DNA of 42,116 nt from Pelomyxa schiedti (GCA_020536535.1 JAHLWZ010000934.1:1-42116), one strand, 5' to 3'; positions 23,501-40,431 are shown, counted from the stretch's first letter. Notes: generated from the letters alone by a model not told the origin. Numbers and translations: made by a program.

Positions 23501-25206
23501 TGCCCAACAAAGTGGCAGCACAAAAATCATCCACTACTGATTCCTATGTAAGTAAAGCTCCCAAGAGTGAGCGAAATTCGTTAAACCGGGAAAGTACTGC
23601 TGATACACGGGCGAGTAGGAAGCATTTGCAAAGGGAGATAAATCAATTAAGATTAAAACAAGCCAAGGACGAAATGAGGTAACAGGTTTTTCCCTATCTC
23701 TTCATTGATCTTTTTTACTCAGGAAATACGCTGAAGAAACTGTTGGAAACAACAATTTCCAATGCTGTAGACTATCACCCAAAAAGTGGCTTCTAGATGG
23801 TGAAGGGGGAGCCTTGGCTGACTTCTACTTGGAGCGTCTTGTCATTCATAAGGGGATGCTGAAAGCAAGCCAAGTCTTTGTTTGGGGTCTTCTTTGGGGT
23901 GTAGCTGCCTATGGCCGAAATATTCCAAAGCCATACCGTGATCTCACAGAATGCATGTTTCGCGCTGGTGTTCTTCCGGTTATTATCTCAACTGATGCCT
24001 TGGCAATTGGAATAAATGTGCCGTGCAAGACTGTTGCTTTCCTTGGCGGGAGCCCCAATGCTATAGAGACTTCTCAGATGATGGGCCGAGCAGGCAGGAG
24101 GGGCTATGACAGCTTTGGTGATATTGTCTTCTATGACTGGTCATATAGAAACTTGCGACATTCTCTTCTATCTCCACTGCCAGCAATCACTAGCAAACCC
24201 ACTATGGATGTGAATACTGCTCTTAGGTGCTTAATCTATTACTTCAATCATGAGAACAAGGCCGAAGCCAAACGCCTACTTTCTTCCTTACTCGCAGAAC
24301 CAATCTCGGGCACAATGTCCACAAACTGCCCACCCTGCTCCAATCCTGTGTCTACTTCAACTTCCCCGCCCCTTTCAAGAGATATGCAGGCCGTATTCCG
24401 GTTCTCTGTTGAGATGCTATATGAACTCCACCTCGTTGATAATAGTGGGACTCCAATTGGGCCTGCGGGGCTTGTTTCTCACCTCTTTGACAGGTCCCCA
24501 GGTTGTGCCTTCAATGTCACTACTCGTTGCTTACAAATCTCTTTTTTAAAGGAAATTTTGTTATTGCCCACTTGATTCTTTCTGGGGCTTTGGATGAGAT
24601 AGCAGGTCCTTTCACACCTGAGTTCAAAATCCCAGCTGCCTCCCTGCAGAATCCAGTACCTTATGTTCTAGAAGCGAAAAACCGCGCTTGCTGCACACTG
24701 GTGAATATTGTATCCTACATCATGGGAAGGAAGAGGGCAAAACCCCACAGCTTTGGTGTCGAGACACTACCATTACGCGTCATGGACTCAATTCGACAGT
24801 ACAATGCCCTTGTGGCCAGTGTTCACAGAAGAGTCTTGGGCTTTTTTACAGCCCAAGTAATATCCCCAGCTGTCTTTCCAGATATTGCAATCACGGAATT
24901 ACCTCCCACGGAACTGAGTGGTTATGCTGTATGCTTCATGAGGAAAAAGAGCATTGGGCAAGTTATGAATGATTGTCAAACTGGGGATAGCACAGCGTAT
25001 TACTATGTAATTTTCCTTTTTTTTTTGTTTTAGAAAAGCACACTGATCTAATAACACCTGAATTACAGATAGAGAAATTCTCCGGCACACTTAGTAAAAT
25101 TGCTGTTGCCTTGCGAGAAATGGAAAGAGGATCAGAGCACAGTCCCATAACACAACTATTCACATACACTGACAAAGAATTCGCGGCCCTTTATGAGGCC
25201 CTGTAA
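20538..25206 (+). CDS. DDX60: DDX60-like Ski2-type SF2 DExD/H RNA helicase, multi-exon
   Basis: Motifs TTPTSSGKS, VVPTLALANQ, VLICTPAILEILLLSP, VFDEIH, LSAAITNP, STDALAIGINVPCKTV, QMMGRAGRRGYD match the DDX60 pattern as recalled. Confidence 0.82.
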
Positions 25207-25844
25207 AACTGAGGTGGACACACAAAAGAAAACAACTTTTTTTTGCACTCGAAACGTCCACTCCATCACGTTGCTGGTAGATAAGAAGTCCGTAAGCACT
25301 TCTTTTTTCAGAACAGTGGCAAGAGTTGGTTTACTTGCTTGTGAAGGAACAACTTCACCACCAGCGACAACCAACAAAACTTCTTTGGGACAAGGGCCAG
25401 CACTGAGTTGTCTTCTTCGATCCTGTTTGGCAGTGACACAAGGGTAAATGGAAATTGGGATGAAAGAAACTAACCTTGGTAGCGATTTGTGCTGGCGTTG
25501 GGACGAAGACGGAACTCGAAACCTGGTCAAATATAGTCTCGAATCTCAGGAGAATCTGCAACTGTTTTTGCTTCGCCGTTTCTATTTATTCCCCGTTTGT
25601 CCTTTGGAGGAACGAATAACAAAAAAAGAGAAAGAAAAAAAGAGAAAGGAAAAAAAAAAAAAGATCCATCAAGAGCAACACTCGGTGAGTTGCGCGTCCT
25701 TGGTGTCGCTTCTCCGGCTTTTTTTTTTCCCCAACACTACTAGTGATGTTGGGGTATATATGCTTGTGTTTGTTTGTCTTCAAACAAAAACCACTCACAG
25801 TGTAGTACAGTTGAACCAACAAACAATCAACAATCAACAATCAA

Positions 25845-26974
25845 ATGACTGAGCAATTTGATTGCGCACTCGACCTCATGCGACGGCTCCCACCCTCACA
25901 AGTTGAGGACAACCTCGCCGGTTTGTTGGACATGGTTCCGGCCCTCATGGAGGACCTTTTGTCTGCTGTGGACCAGCCTCTGAAGATCTCTCACGACGCT
26001 GCCTCCAAGCGCGACTACCTTCTTTGTGATTACAACAGAGACGGTGATTCTTACAGGTAACTGTTTTCTTTTTTCGACTGACACACAACAAAACATGATT
26101 TCGTTTTTACTGCCTTTATGGTTCTGAAGCCAGCTCGTTGTAACTTGCTTTTTAGGTCACCCTGGTCGAACAAGTACGACCCTCCAATGGACGGAGGGAG
26201 CACACCTTCCGCTCCAATTCGCGCCATCGAAGTCCAAGCCAACGAAGTGTTCGACATTTATCGCGATTTGTGAGTTTTCCTCCCAACTGTAGGGTCCATC
26301 TGTAACATTTTTGTAAGGTATTATGAGGGTGGTGTTTCATCTGTGTACTGCTGGGATGTTGACGGAGGATTTGCTTCTTGTATTCTTATTAAAAAGAGTA
26401 CGTGCCACTTTCAAACTAAACAATATTTATCATCTCCCCCCTCCCATAACTTCTCCAACCTTTGCTGAAATGCCAATCTGCAGGCCAAGACCAGTCAAAG
26501 AAAGGACAACCAATGAAGGGCACATGGGATTCAATTCACGTTGTAGAAGTCACCGACAACCGCCGAAATGCTCACTACAAACTTACCTCCACCGTCATGC
26601 TCACCATCGAGACCGAGACCGAAGCCACCGGAATGGTCCGCCTTGCTGGCAGCCTCACCCGCCAGGAAGAGAAGGACGCCGCTGTCAGCGAGCAAAACCC
26701 CCACATCACCAACATAGGCAGGATGGTTGAGGACATGGAACTCAAGCTCAGGACAACCATTGACTTGATCTACTTTGGCAAGACCAAGGAAGTTGTCAGG
26801 TACAAACAAAGCCTATTCCACGGGGTTTGGGGAAGTTTTAATTAATAGTAAAACAAACTGACCAAGCACTAACATTCAACTCCCAGCACCCTTCGAACAA
26901 TGATCAGCACCACTGAGCTCAATAATCGCCGGAATCTTTCCAGAGATATTTCCACCCAACTCCACAAGTCCTAA
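25845..26974 (+). CDS. CAPZB: F-actin capping protein beta subunit
   Basis: [17 protein letters not shown]...[19 protein letters not shown]...[10 protein letters not shown]...WDSIHVVEV...YKLTSTVML...IGRMVEDME...YFGKTKEVV. Confidence 0.97.
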
Positions 26975-27188
26975 ACATACACCTGTTTCCAAATGAAAAT
27001 GATAACAATAAGCTAATTTCTACAAATTTTCTCCCTTTTGTGCGTAGACACTCTCACTCTCCAACGAAATGAAACAAAGCTGTTGGTCAGTCCTCAGTAA
27101 CCGAGGAATATTCCCCGCGTCCGGGAAATCAATTCTGCCAACGATCTTGCCAAGCAAAAAACCATAAATAAAATAAACAACAAGCAAG

Positions 27189-27503
27189 ATGGGAGAGCGT
27201 AAGGTCCTCAACAAGTACTACCCGCCCGACTTTGACCCCGAGTTGATTCCACGAGCAAAACGACCCAAGAATGGACAGGTCAACGTGCGTATGATGCTGC
27301 CGATGAGCGTGAGGTGCAACGTGTGCGGCGAGTATCTGTACAAGGGGAAGAAATTCAACTCGAGAAAGGAGACCATCTATGGCGAGGACTACCTGGGAAT
27401 AAGGATTTTCAGGTATTTTATTCGTTTTACATAAGTCCCTGTCGCTTTTTTGTTGGTACTGTTTACTGTCGTTATTGGTTGCTTTTGCTTATAGAAGCGT
27501 TGG

Positions 27504-27534
<31 letters not shown>

Positions 27535-28471
27535 GAATGTACCTTTACTTTTGTATCCATTAACCAATTACAGGTTCTACATGAAGTGCACCAGGTGCAA
27601 TGCGGAATTTACAATCAAAACCGACCCTAAGAATAGCGACTATGCGTGTGAGGTTGGTGTGAGCAGAAATTTTGAGCCTTGGCGTGCTACTGAGAAGGCT
27701 GAGGAAGAAGCAAAGCAAAAACGCCAGGAGGAAGAAAAAGGTGATGTAATGAAGGCGTTGGAGAACAGGACAATGGACTCTAAGGAAGAGATTGATATAC
27801 TGGAGGCGTTGGACGAAATGAGAGCCCTTAACGCAAGAAATGCCAAGATAACATCTGACGATGTCTTTGCTATACGAAACGAGAGGGACAGAGCCGAACT
27901 CGAAAGACTGAGGGAGGAGGATGAACGAGAGTTGGCTGATGTTGTCTTCGAGGCACAGGTGAAAACTCTACAGGAGGACGTTGCTGATGAGGACGGCGAC
28001 GATGTTGAAGAGAAGCCCGTGAAAATTGGAAGCGAGAAGCCCAGCGCCCCACAAAACCCTCCAGATACATCTGAGGATCATACAGGGAAAGCAACCACTC
28101 CAGTAGATGGGGAGTCCCGACCAAAGTTCAGCAAGCCCGTGAAAGCCGTAGACCCCTCAACCACAACAAGTTCATCCACAACTACTACAACAACAACTCC
28201 AGCCGCTACACCAGCGCCAGTACCATCCGCACCTGCTGCAAAGGTTCTTCAGCCTCAAGTCAGCAGTTCCGCTGCGGTGGCGGAATTGGTGGGGATGTTC
28301 TCTGTTGGCCGGAAATCCACCAACACTCCACAACCACAAACTCCCAAGCTGGCATCAACACTTAAAGTTGTACCTGTAAAAGCTGTCCCTGTAAAGAAGG
28401 CTCCTGTGGCAGACAAACCCGCAACGCCTGCCATTTCCGCTCTCTCTGATCTTTTTTCATACACAGAATAA
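27189..28471 (+). CDS. YJU2: Splicing factor YJU2 (CCDC94), 2 exons
   Basis: [17 protein letters not shown]...[28 protein letters not shown]...YLGIRIFR|FYMKCTRC...KTDPKNSDY; intron ~27413-27572. Confidence 0.95.
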
Positions 28472-28874
28472 AAGAATCCTGTACACCTTTGAAAAACAAA
28501 TTGTATTTCCTTTGTTCCAAAATGTTCTATGAAGAGCAACCACAGCAGTTGGTCTCTAGTCTGTTGTATTTGAAGTACACAACTCAGCAAAAGCCACAGC
28601 ACGAGCATGAAGTCTTGGCAAATGCCACACACTGAGGTGCTTCATAAGAAGCCAACAAGACTAAGCCAAATGTCAGCCTGTCAGCCTTTAGCCACTGACT
28701 TCATTTTCCGGGCGAAATGACTGAGGTCCTTGTCTTGATCACACTCGGAATCTTCAAAAATGAGTCCCCACCCGGTACCACATTCTACATTACAGTCATC
28801 TAAACTTTGAAAATTGTTTGTGTGTTGATGTGGGATTTTGTACAAGGAGGGTATTTTTACAGTTATTCTTGTTA

Positions 28875-31750
<2,876 letters not shown>

Positions 31751-31978
31751 TGCGCCAAAAAGATTTATGCTAAAAATGGAAACGTTGAAGAACGACAAGG
31801 CTTGTCGGGCCAAGATTCAAGAAGAACCGGTTTGTTCCGGCGTCCTGCCATCAAAAAAAAGTAATTCGCCTGCTGTGCTGCGTTGTTTAAAACTTCAAAA
31901 TTCCAAACAATAAACAGACCAACTAGAACAAAGGCTAACCAGCTAGTTGGAGATTAAGTTCGCTTGCAGAATAAGCTA

Positions 31979-34850
31979 AAATGAACAGTGAGGATCTAGA
32001 GGAGGAAGCACCGGAATTTGTGCCCACTTCTGATCAAGATCTGGTGGTGGCGGTTGTTGGTGACATCGATGGCCCTGCAAAATGCCTTGCCCAATGTCTT
32101 TCCTCTGGCACTGCCAACAGTCAGTTTTTTCTTTTTTTTTTATTTTTTTTTTCCCCTGTGCCTTTTTTTTTTGTTTAGCATTTTGTGGACAGGATTTGTG
32201 TGGACCAGCAAAGTTGTGCGTCTTGGTGGAAAAGTGCACCATGTTTCTGTTGTATTCCACACAAGTGCTGAGCTAGCCACTGTCTTTAAGTGCAACCCAG
32301 CTGTGATTGTGTACAACTTGAGTGCACTGGACAGGTTGACTTTTGCCACATTATCCAAGAGGCTTAAATTCTTTGCGAAACATGGCTCCAAGTGTAAGGT
32401 TTTGTTACGTTCTCTCCATGTATGTTTATTCAATGGAATTTGTTCCAGCTTTTATTGTGTATGACTGAACTGGAGTCTGTAATTGCATGGCGAAGATTAG
32501 ACAAGCAGGCTATGACAAAGACTGCAACATCTTTGGGAATTGTGGCCCACCCTGACTTATGTAATGTTGGGCCAATTCTGTGGGAAGAACTGCTTCCCGT
32601 GCTAAAGGAACACAAGAATGTGAGCATGTTCAGATGTGTATCAACAAAAAACAGGCAAACAGGATCACTCTTACTGAAGGACATTATCTATCTCACTGAA
32701 TCCCAAAAGTGTTTGCTTTTTGTATTCTCCTTTCCCCATCAACCCTCAACACAGACGGTATTGGAAGCACGAGATGCCACATGCCCTCAAAGACAATGAA
32801 AAACTAGCAGAGAGGTTCACTACTATTTCAAAGCATCGAGGGAGTCCCCAGTTTTATGAAGAACTAGATCTTTTCATTCATGATGTTATTGTGCATGAGT
32901 GGGCAAAGCCAGCCGAACTGTGCCTGTTATGGACAGGTTTGTTGCTTCCAGAGATTATCTTGGTAGTGAATTGGCTTTAGAGGAGCGGCTTGACCCAAAA
33001 TCATTTTGTATCCTGATGTCACACTGGCAACAAAACTTGAACTGGAACACGCAATTGCATCCCACACATATATATTTCTATGGCTCAGCAATTTTCGATT
33101 CTGCTGCTGATTGGGCAAATGGTAAATAATTTTTAAAGTTTCCATTCCCTCCCTACCCTCAATTGAGTGTAAATAGAACAAATATCTTCAATTGATGGAA
33201 CTGCACCATTAGCAACGTCACTGATTTCCTCATACGTGAGCCTCGAAACCATACCAGGTGAATTCTATATTAAATATACATTCAATAAACCCAATCAGAC
33301 TCTCTTTTATCACTGTCTAAACTTACATGTCTGAACCTGTCCCATAACTATCTGACGGAGATTCCAAGTAGCCTTTTCACTAAATTGACATCACTGACGA
33401 ATGTTGACCTTTCATGTGTGGCAGGAGGCTATTATTAACTTCCGTCTTAATTCCTATACCATAGGGAACAAGCTAACAAGTATACCAGAAAATATTAACC
33501 ATTTGACCACTCTCATGGAATTTAACGTGCACCCTTGTTCTCTTTTTTTTCGAAGTACTTAATACTATATTTCTCACAGTTAGAACATAATGCAATTGTC
33601 TCCCTACCTGATAGTATTGGTGATTGCATGAAAATGAGACTTCTCTGTGGCTACAATCAAGTGAGATTTATTAACTCAAGTGCATTCATTTCTCACCAAT
33701 TTCCCTTAAAATAAAATCTCAGCTCAACACTTTGCCACATAGCCTACGGCACCATTTGAGTGCAAACAAACTCAACTATCTCCCAAATCCGCTTGAAAAC
33801 CTCCGCAAATATAATACCCAAGCAGAACTTTGTGAATACTTGGATGAATTGGCACTTGCAGGAACCACACGATGGAATAAAATTAGACTCATGCTTGTTG
33901 GACCAGTAGTGTCACATTCTATGGGTGCTTACTCAAGTACTTCTCCTTATAGGAAAATGTTGGAAAAACAACACTTGCCCACCGGTTCCAAGGGAAGACA
34001 CATGACGGAATTTCTACAGGTATGTCTGTTTGTTGATTTCTTTTTTTTCCAATACTTTTGAACGAGATGGAATTGCTGTACAAGAACTTCAAATTCAGGG
34101 CATCAATTTTGTGCTATGGGGTAATTCTCCAATTAATTAAACACTTTTACCAATCCTAATGCGAAAGAAGATTTGGGAGGTTCGACTATCTGGTACCATT
34201 TCCATATTAATCTTTATCACAGGCCAGGCAGTTTTCTTGCCCACACATCAGGTCTGTCTCACAGAATATAATCATCTTCCCTCACTGCTCATAGTTTTTC
34301 ATGACTGGGCGTGCAATGTACCTTGTAATGTTCGACTTGCAACATCCCCACACCCACAGAATTGAATATTGGTTGAGGTAGTGCCCTTGTGACTCCAAAT
34401 GTTAGCCCTAAGTTACTTACCTCAAGACAAATTATGAAAACTGTCAAACAACCCCCCAACCCTCCTGTTATCCTGATTGGAACGCATGCAGACAGGATCA
34501 CTCCTAAGTCTTATGTGCCACTGCTATGTAAGGAGTTGTATGGACAGTTCAAGTGCTTCGGAGGTGTTGTGGACTGCATACCACTGTGCACCACTCAGGG
34601 AGACCTTTTTGATCTCGAAAATTGCATTATCAAAACTGCTGTAGCTAAGCAAATGACACTACGAGAGAAGGTTCAGTTGTGTCTGTTATAAGAAAATAGA
34701 CTCATTCCCACAGATTCCTGGCAGTTGGGTAAAACTTGAACGACTCATATGTGAGAAAAAAAAGAAAAAACCAACTGTGAGATGGACTAAATTTGTGAAG
34801 TGGGCCACCCAAGTCCAAATTTTTGAGCCAGCGAAAATCAAGCAGGTTCT

Positions 34851-34916
<66 letters not shown>

Positions 34917-37900
34917 TCTCCAGCTTAGGCTGCCCATTTCCTGCATGGTGTAGGGTCTCTCATCTATTATGACAGCAAATACTCCAACATTGGGGACTTA
35001 GTAATTTTAGATCCAGAATATCTCTCTAGTACATTTGAGCTTTTTTCTTTTTTTAATGCTCATCTGCAGTGACAATAAAATTGACTAAGCTTTTCATAGG
35101 TCTAATGGCCACACTGATAACCTTCAAAACCACAATGATCATTAATGGCTATATTAGCTCGTCTATATTGCCCCTCATTTGGAGTTCATATGATCCTATT
35201 GACTACCCTGCGTTAATTAATCTGATGTGCTTGTATCTGATAATGCATCCCGTAGTGACACCAACTGGAGAAGGTTACCTTATCCCTTGGTACACTTTGC
35301 CACATCACATTTATTTGGTAATGCTCTCTAGTACTCTGCCTGATACAGTTCCGGATGACGCAGAGTCAATTTGGCCACAAATTATTCCTCCTGGTTACCA
35401 AGAACAAGGTACTGCCTGAACTGAGGGCAAAAAAAAGAACTTGAACCCGTCTAATTTAATGTCAACAAGAGAGGCAACTACAATTCCCGTGTCTTCCTAT
35501 TGGACTTTTTGGCAGGATTCTAGTTCGAATACTGCATTGGGATACAATTCAACGAAAAGCTTTTTGGAATAACAACATCCGGCTCTCAATAACCCCACAG
35601 AAAGGTATCATTTAAATGATCTGTAAGTCCTCATTTCATCACATTCATGCACTCGTTAGATCCTCGAATTCAAAGCGCTTATATCGAGTTTGATTGCTCT
35701 TCAGGGAACAGCACAATTTTATTCCTCAGGGTCAGGGCACCACAGGATTCGGTATTCTCTACTATTTGCCTTTACTTTGACTGATGATCTCAGAAACCTG
35801 ACCTATTGTGTGATGTCATAGAATGTGTCGAAACAACAATTGACTGCTTTTACAAGTAAGTGCCCCACACAAGAAATCATTTCCAAAAAAATAAAGGTCC
35901 TTTGAGCTTGACCTTCAGTGGTTTATTACATGTAGTCACTGCATTCAAGTCTCTGCAAATATTCCCCCTGGAAAACAACCCATTGCTCGACATAGGTTCC
36001 TCCGTAACGAAATCATTTCTGCAGTCACAGCACGCACAACTTTAATCTGCAAGGTTTTATTTCCTCATTCTAATGTAAATTTAACTTGGTTTAGGTTGGA
36101 AATGTTCCTGTCCGTTTAGACGTACTTGCTCCTGATATCTTACTCTCCAAACAAGTCATTGTAAATCGAGAAGATCTCGAAGATTTATCAAAAATAGCTG
36201 CAGGTAGAAAAAATAATATTCTTCAATACTCATTCCTTTTTAGGTGGATTCGGTGTTGTGTACAAAGGTAAAATAATTTTAACTGCACCTTTTTTCTCAC
36301 CTCCCCAACTATCATACAGCAAAACTCAAGGGAGAGATTGTTGCTGTTAAAGAGCTTTCTCTGCATGGAGATTTATCTACCTTCACTTCATTTAAGGCAG
36401 AAGTGCAAATTATGAGGTACCATTCTTGGTGCCTTTTGTACTCTAACTTCCATAGTATGCTAGATAATCCCTTCGTTGTTAAGCTTCTAGGAGTGTGCGT
36501 TTCACCACCGATGATGGTAATGGAGTATGTACCACATGGTACACTCTTTGATCTATTACATCTCCAACGAACACCTGGCTCCCCTTCGCCTCGTGTGTTG
36601 AATTATGCACCCCTAGTCTTCTATTTATTTTTCTTCACCCAGAAAACTCATCGTTAGATTCTGACTCCATTCTTGATTCATTCCCTCCAAATGAGGAACA
36701 ATACGATTTTCCAATGAAGTGTGGAAAAACCATTCTTCGATATTTGCATAACCTCTCACCAGGTGGCGATTCCGGATGCAGATAGCTCTTGATATCGCTA
36801 AGGGTTTGGCCTACCTTCACTCCCTGCACCCACCAATTGTTCATCGGGATTTGAGAAGTCCAAATATATTTGTGTGCATCAAAGTAACCTTCAAAAACAT
36901 TTCCTTATTATCTAAAGATTCAGTCACTTGATTCAACTGCTGATTGTAGAGTCAAAATTGCTGATTGTACTGACACAAACATTTTCTCTTCTAACTAATT
37001 TTTTTTTTTAGTTGGGTTAAGTTTGCAAGTTGCAGGGAAGGTTACTGGCAATCTGGCAACTTGGCAGGTATCCCATTGGATATCTTTTTTTCCCCCCTGA
37101 CGTACACTCTCTTTCCTTCCTCACCCATTTTTTCTATGTGAAAGTGGCTTGCTCCTGAAGTTCTTGAAGCAAGAGAAGAGTATGATGAATCTTCTGACCT
37201 CTTCAGTGCTGGGGTACGCCCCATATTAAAAATATTTTATTTATTTGAATGTGACAGGTAATCTTCTATGAGATTGCCACTCGGCAATATCCCTATGATG
37301 GTACAATGGCAAATTAAACTTCTTAAATTCACGCTAAACAAAAAGAATATGCAACACTTCCGCAGTATTCCCTAAAACGGGGCAGTGACTATGAGTGGAG
37401 AGAACAGAATATCAAATCTGCTATTGCACGGGAAGGCATAAGGCCTACACTCCCGCCATGGATTTTGCGGTACTTTGGTCCACAAGTTTTGTGCCATTGA
37501 AAGGCTGTTATAGACCATTTGGTGAATTGATTCAACAATGCTGGAAAGGCCACCCACAACAAAGACCTTCAGCACAAGTCATAATGACAGAAATTAATGA
37601 CATCTTGGATTCCAGGGTTCCTGAGACACAAAATCCCAGTGAGTTAAACACCTGCATTGGAATAATTTCTTATCTATGCCCTAATAGAGACGCCTGATGT
37701 ACCACCACCAACAAGTCTGTGGGAGGTATTAATTGAAGACAAGTACCCCATTTGGAGCCTTCTGGAATACAACAATTTAGTTTGGGTATCATCTCCTCAA
37801 ATACCTACATTTTTAATGTTATGCTGAAGGTTGGATGTGCTGATGGATCAGTCCGGCGCGTATCCAGGAAGACAGGAATGTTCATAGGAGTGTCTATTCC

Positions 37901-40302
37901 TCTCCTCCAGAGTGCACGAATATATAGCTTACTTGCACTAAATGACGAATTATGGGCAAGCACAGAGTTCGGCAAGATTTTTGTACTTGACCCAAATGTG
38001 AGCACAGCTAACTTTTTTTGGAGACTGAATTGTTGGTAGGCAATGTGTCAAACAACAGAGATATCTGCTCACGGAAGCAAACACATTATTACTTGCTTAA
38101 TTTGTGTGAGAGACCCCAGAAAGAATTCCGAAGTCAATAGTTCTTATATTTGGAGTGCCTCTCAGAGCGAATCTTGTATCGTTGTTGTCGACTCAAAGGT
38201 TATAAATACCACTCAGCTATGCCACTGATGATTGACATGTAAAAAAATAGACAAAAGAAGTTGTTAATCGCAGCAGTTTTGAGCCCAGCTTGAAAATAGG
38301 CTCAATGGCTCAATGCAATGAATATGTGTGGCTTGGCTGCCTAAACCGAGTTATAATAATGGATTGTTCTTCAATGCTAATTTGCTCCACATTAAGTAAG
38401 TTTTTCTTTGTGGTTGTTATTACTCAGATTACTTTTCACAGAGACTCCGGGAAAAGTCTCTTGTATAACTGCCGTAGGAGACTCTGTTTGGTTTTCTGTC
38501 AAAGCATCCCTCTTTGTTTATAATTCTGAAAACATGGTTTCCTATCCCCCTTTGTTCCAAGAGACCATCCTAATGACACCAGGTATGCTGTGCTACTCTG
38601 CTTGATCACACTGATGACATTTCTTGTATCTGCCAATGCAACGAGTATCAAAACTCAGCAAAATAATATGAATCAACCCTGAAATAGATTCATTTGGTCT
38701 GCAGATTGTAAAGGTTCAATTTTTGGCTGGAGCCCACAATCATTTGAACTCTGTCATCGACTTACCCTACCTGACTACATGCTATGCACAATGGGGCCTG
38801 TTGTTGGGTACTCAAGTCCGTACTCTCAGTATCACTAAGTTCCTTTTTTCATAGATGCCTTTGGTACTCGTTTGTGCACCCAGCAGTTGGCTTGGGATGC
38901 TTCAATTTTGAAAAGAAGACCGTTGAGGACACAGAAGCGGAAGTTAATATCCAGACCCCTTCAAAAGATGCCCTTGGAATTGGTCTCAATCCTGTTTCTC
39001 CGGCTGAAAGCCCTCCAGACCCAGCGCCTCCAGCACAGCCGGAATCCACCCAACTCCAAATACTTCAACTACAATCGACATTATCCAAACTACAAGACCC
39101 ACCAGGTCAGTCACGCCAGTTCTTGCACCCTCCAATTTTGTCCCCTTCAAGTTTATCGCCGTCTCCAAGCCCAAAGTCCCCTCTTTCTTCTCCTTCATTG
39201 TCACCAAGGTCTTCAGATACAGATACGGACCGAAGTGGGTCTCCCAAAACCTGGGTCAAGCCATCAAGAAAATCCAGGGCTCTGGCTTGTAGCGTTCCTA
39301 TTCAGAGTTCAGCAGAACGAATCCGTGGATTAGATGAAAATGCTAAAAAAACCTTATCTGGGGCAGCCAATGATCATTCAGTTTCCATCACTCCCACTGA
39401 CGTAACCCCATCACAAAATTTGGCTGAAACCTCTCCTGTACTGAAGGGCAATGACGAACTTCTTGTCGTCAAACCGGAACCATCTGTGATCACAAAACAA
39501 CCTGAACGAAATGATGGCCTTCCTGAAATGATGGCTATACTGGAATCATGGATAAATCCCAGTGAAAATTCAGCAGTACCCTCTATCACCATCACCATCA
39601 CCACCCCCGAACCTGCATCCCAGGGCAGTCTTGATGCAATACAAGTGACATCACCTGACGCGAGTCCCACAGTAGGAGCTAAATCTCCTGTTCTTCCCCA
39701 TTCAGCAGCCACCTCCTCTGTTGACACTGAAGCATCCAGATTTCAGCGATACTCGCCTAAAAGTCTTGCAAGGAAGCTATCGTTTCTGAGAACCGAAAGT
39801 CCCACGATTCCTTCAAGTTCAGCTCCCATACCTCTTAGTGAAGTCCGAAAATCTTCCAGCCATTTGTTAATGAGGACAACAACTCCAACTACATTACCAA
39901 CATCATTCACATCTCTGTCATCTCCCATGCCGTCTCCGGCTACCCTCCGTAAAAAGACACCCCCTCTGCCATCTCCTGTTACCATCCGTAAAGCTCCAAC
40001 ACCAGATTTGGTTATGCGCACTGAAACCCCACCCCCAAAAGCCCAACAGCATAAATTTAAGGCTAAACGCCTATCACAATTAACAGCTTGTACATTCTGC
40101 ACTGGAACCATATGGGGTGAGTATCTGTCTTCCTCTTCCATGACTAACTTATGCAATGACAGCCCAGCAAGGTTACAGTTGTAAAAGTACGAGAAACCAC
40201 TACACTCAGACTTTCACTAATCTTAATTCAGAATGTCGGTTTGTTTGTCATAAAGTATGCCTTGATGATAGTAAGGAATTGGTGTGCCCTGGTCACTGTT
40301 GA
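31979..40302 (+). CDS. ROCO-family kinase: degenerate GTPase-like N-terminus - LRR - Roc - COR - TKL kinase - putative beta-propeller - Ser/Pro-rich - C1
   Basis: Roc GP|ENVGKTT, WDLGGQ, IEYWL, IGTHAD; [16 protein letters not shown]...VILDP; kinase [23 protein letters not shown]; C1 HKF...CTFC...[12 protein letters not shown]...C, stop at 40300-40302. Confidence 0.9.
34853..34914 (+). repeat. 62-nt poly(T) homopolymer inside a COR-domain intron
   Basis: Uninterrupted T run between ...aagcag|gttctgg and aactctccagcttag|gctgcc. Confidence 0.9.
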
Positions 40303-40431
40303 GGTCCGTCATATACTCTTTCACATACTTCATGTTCTCACTACCCAGCCAGGAACCTGACGGCAGTTCGATTTTTGTATTTAGGTGTACATTTTTTTTG
40401 CACAGGATATATGAATACACTTTTTTTTTGC

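Noticed and set aside
25156-25800. Possible small minus-strand spliced gene between the helicase and CAPZB
   Set aside because: Intron-like signals exist, but I found no consistent ATG-to-stop frame or recognisable product.
40223-40420. Minus-strand ORF apparently overlapping the ROCO 3' end
   Set aside because: ARMC7 stops at 40432 and the ROCO C1 exon explains the plus strand; this is a shadow ORF.
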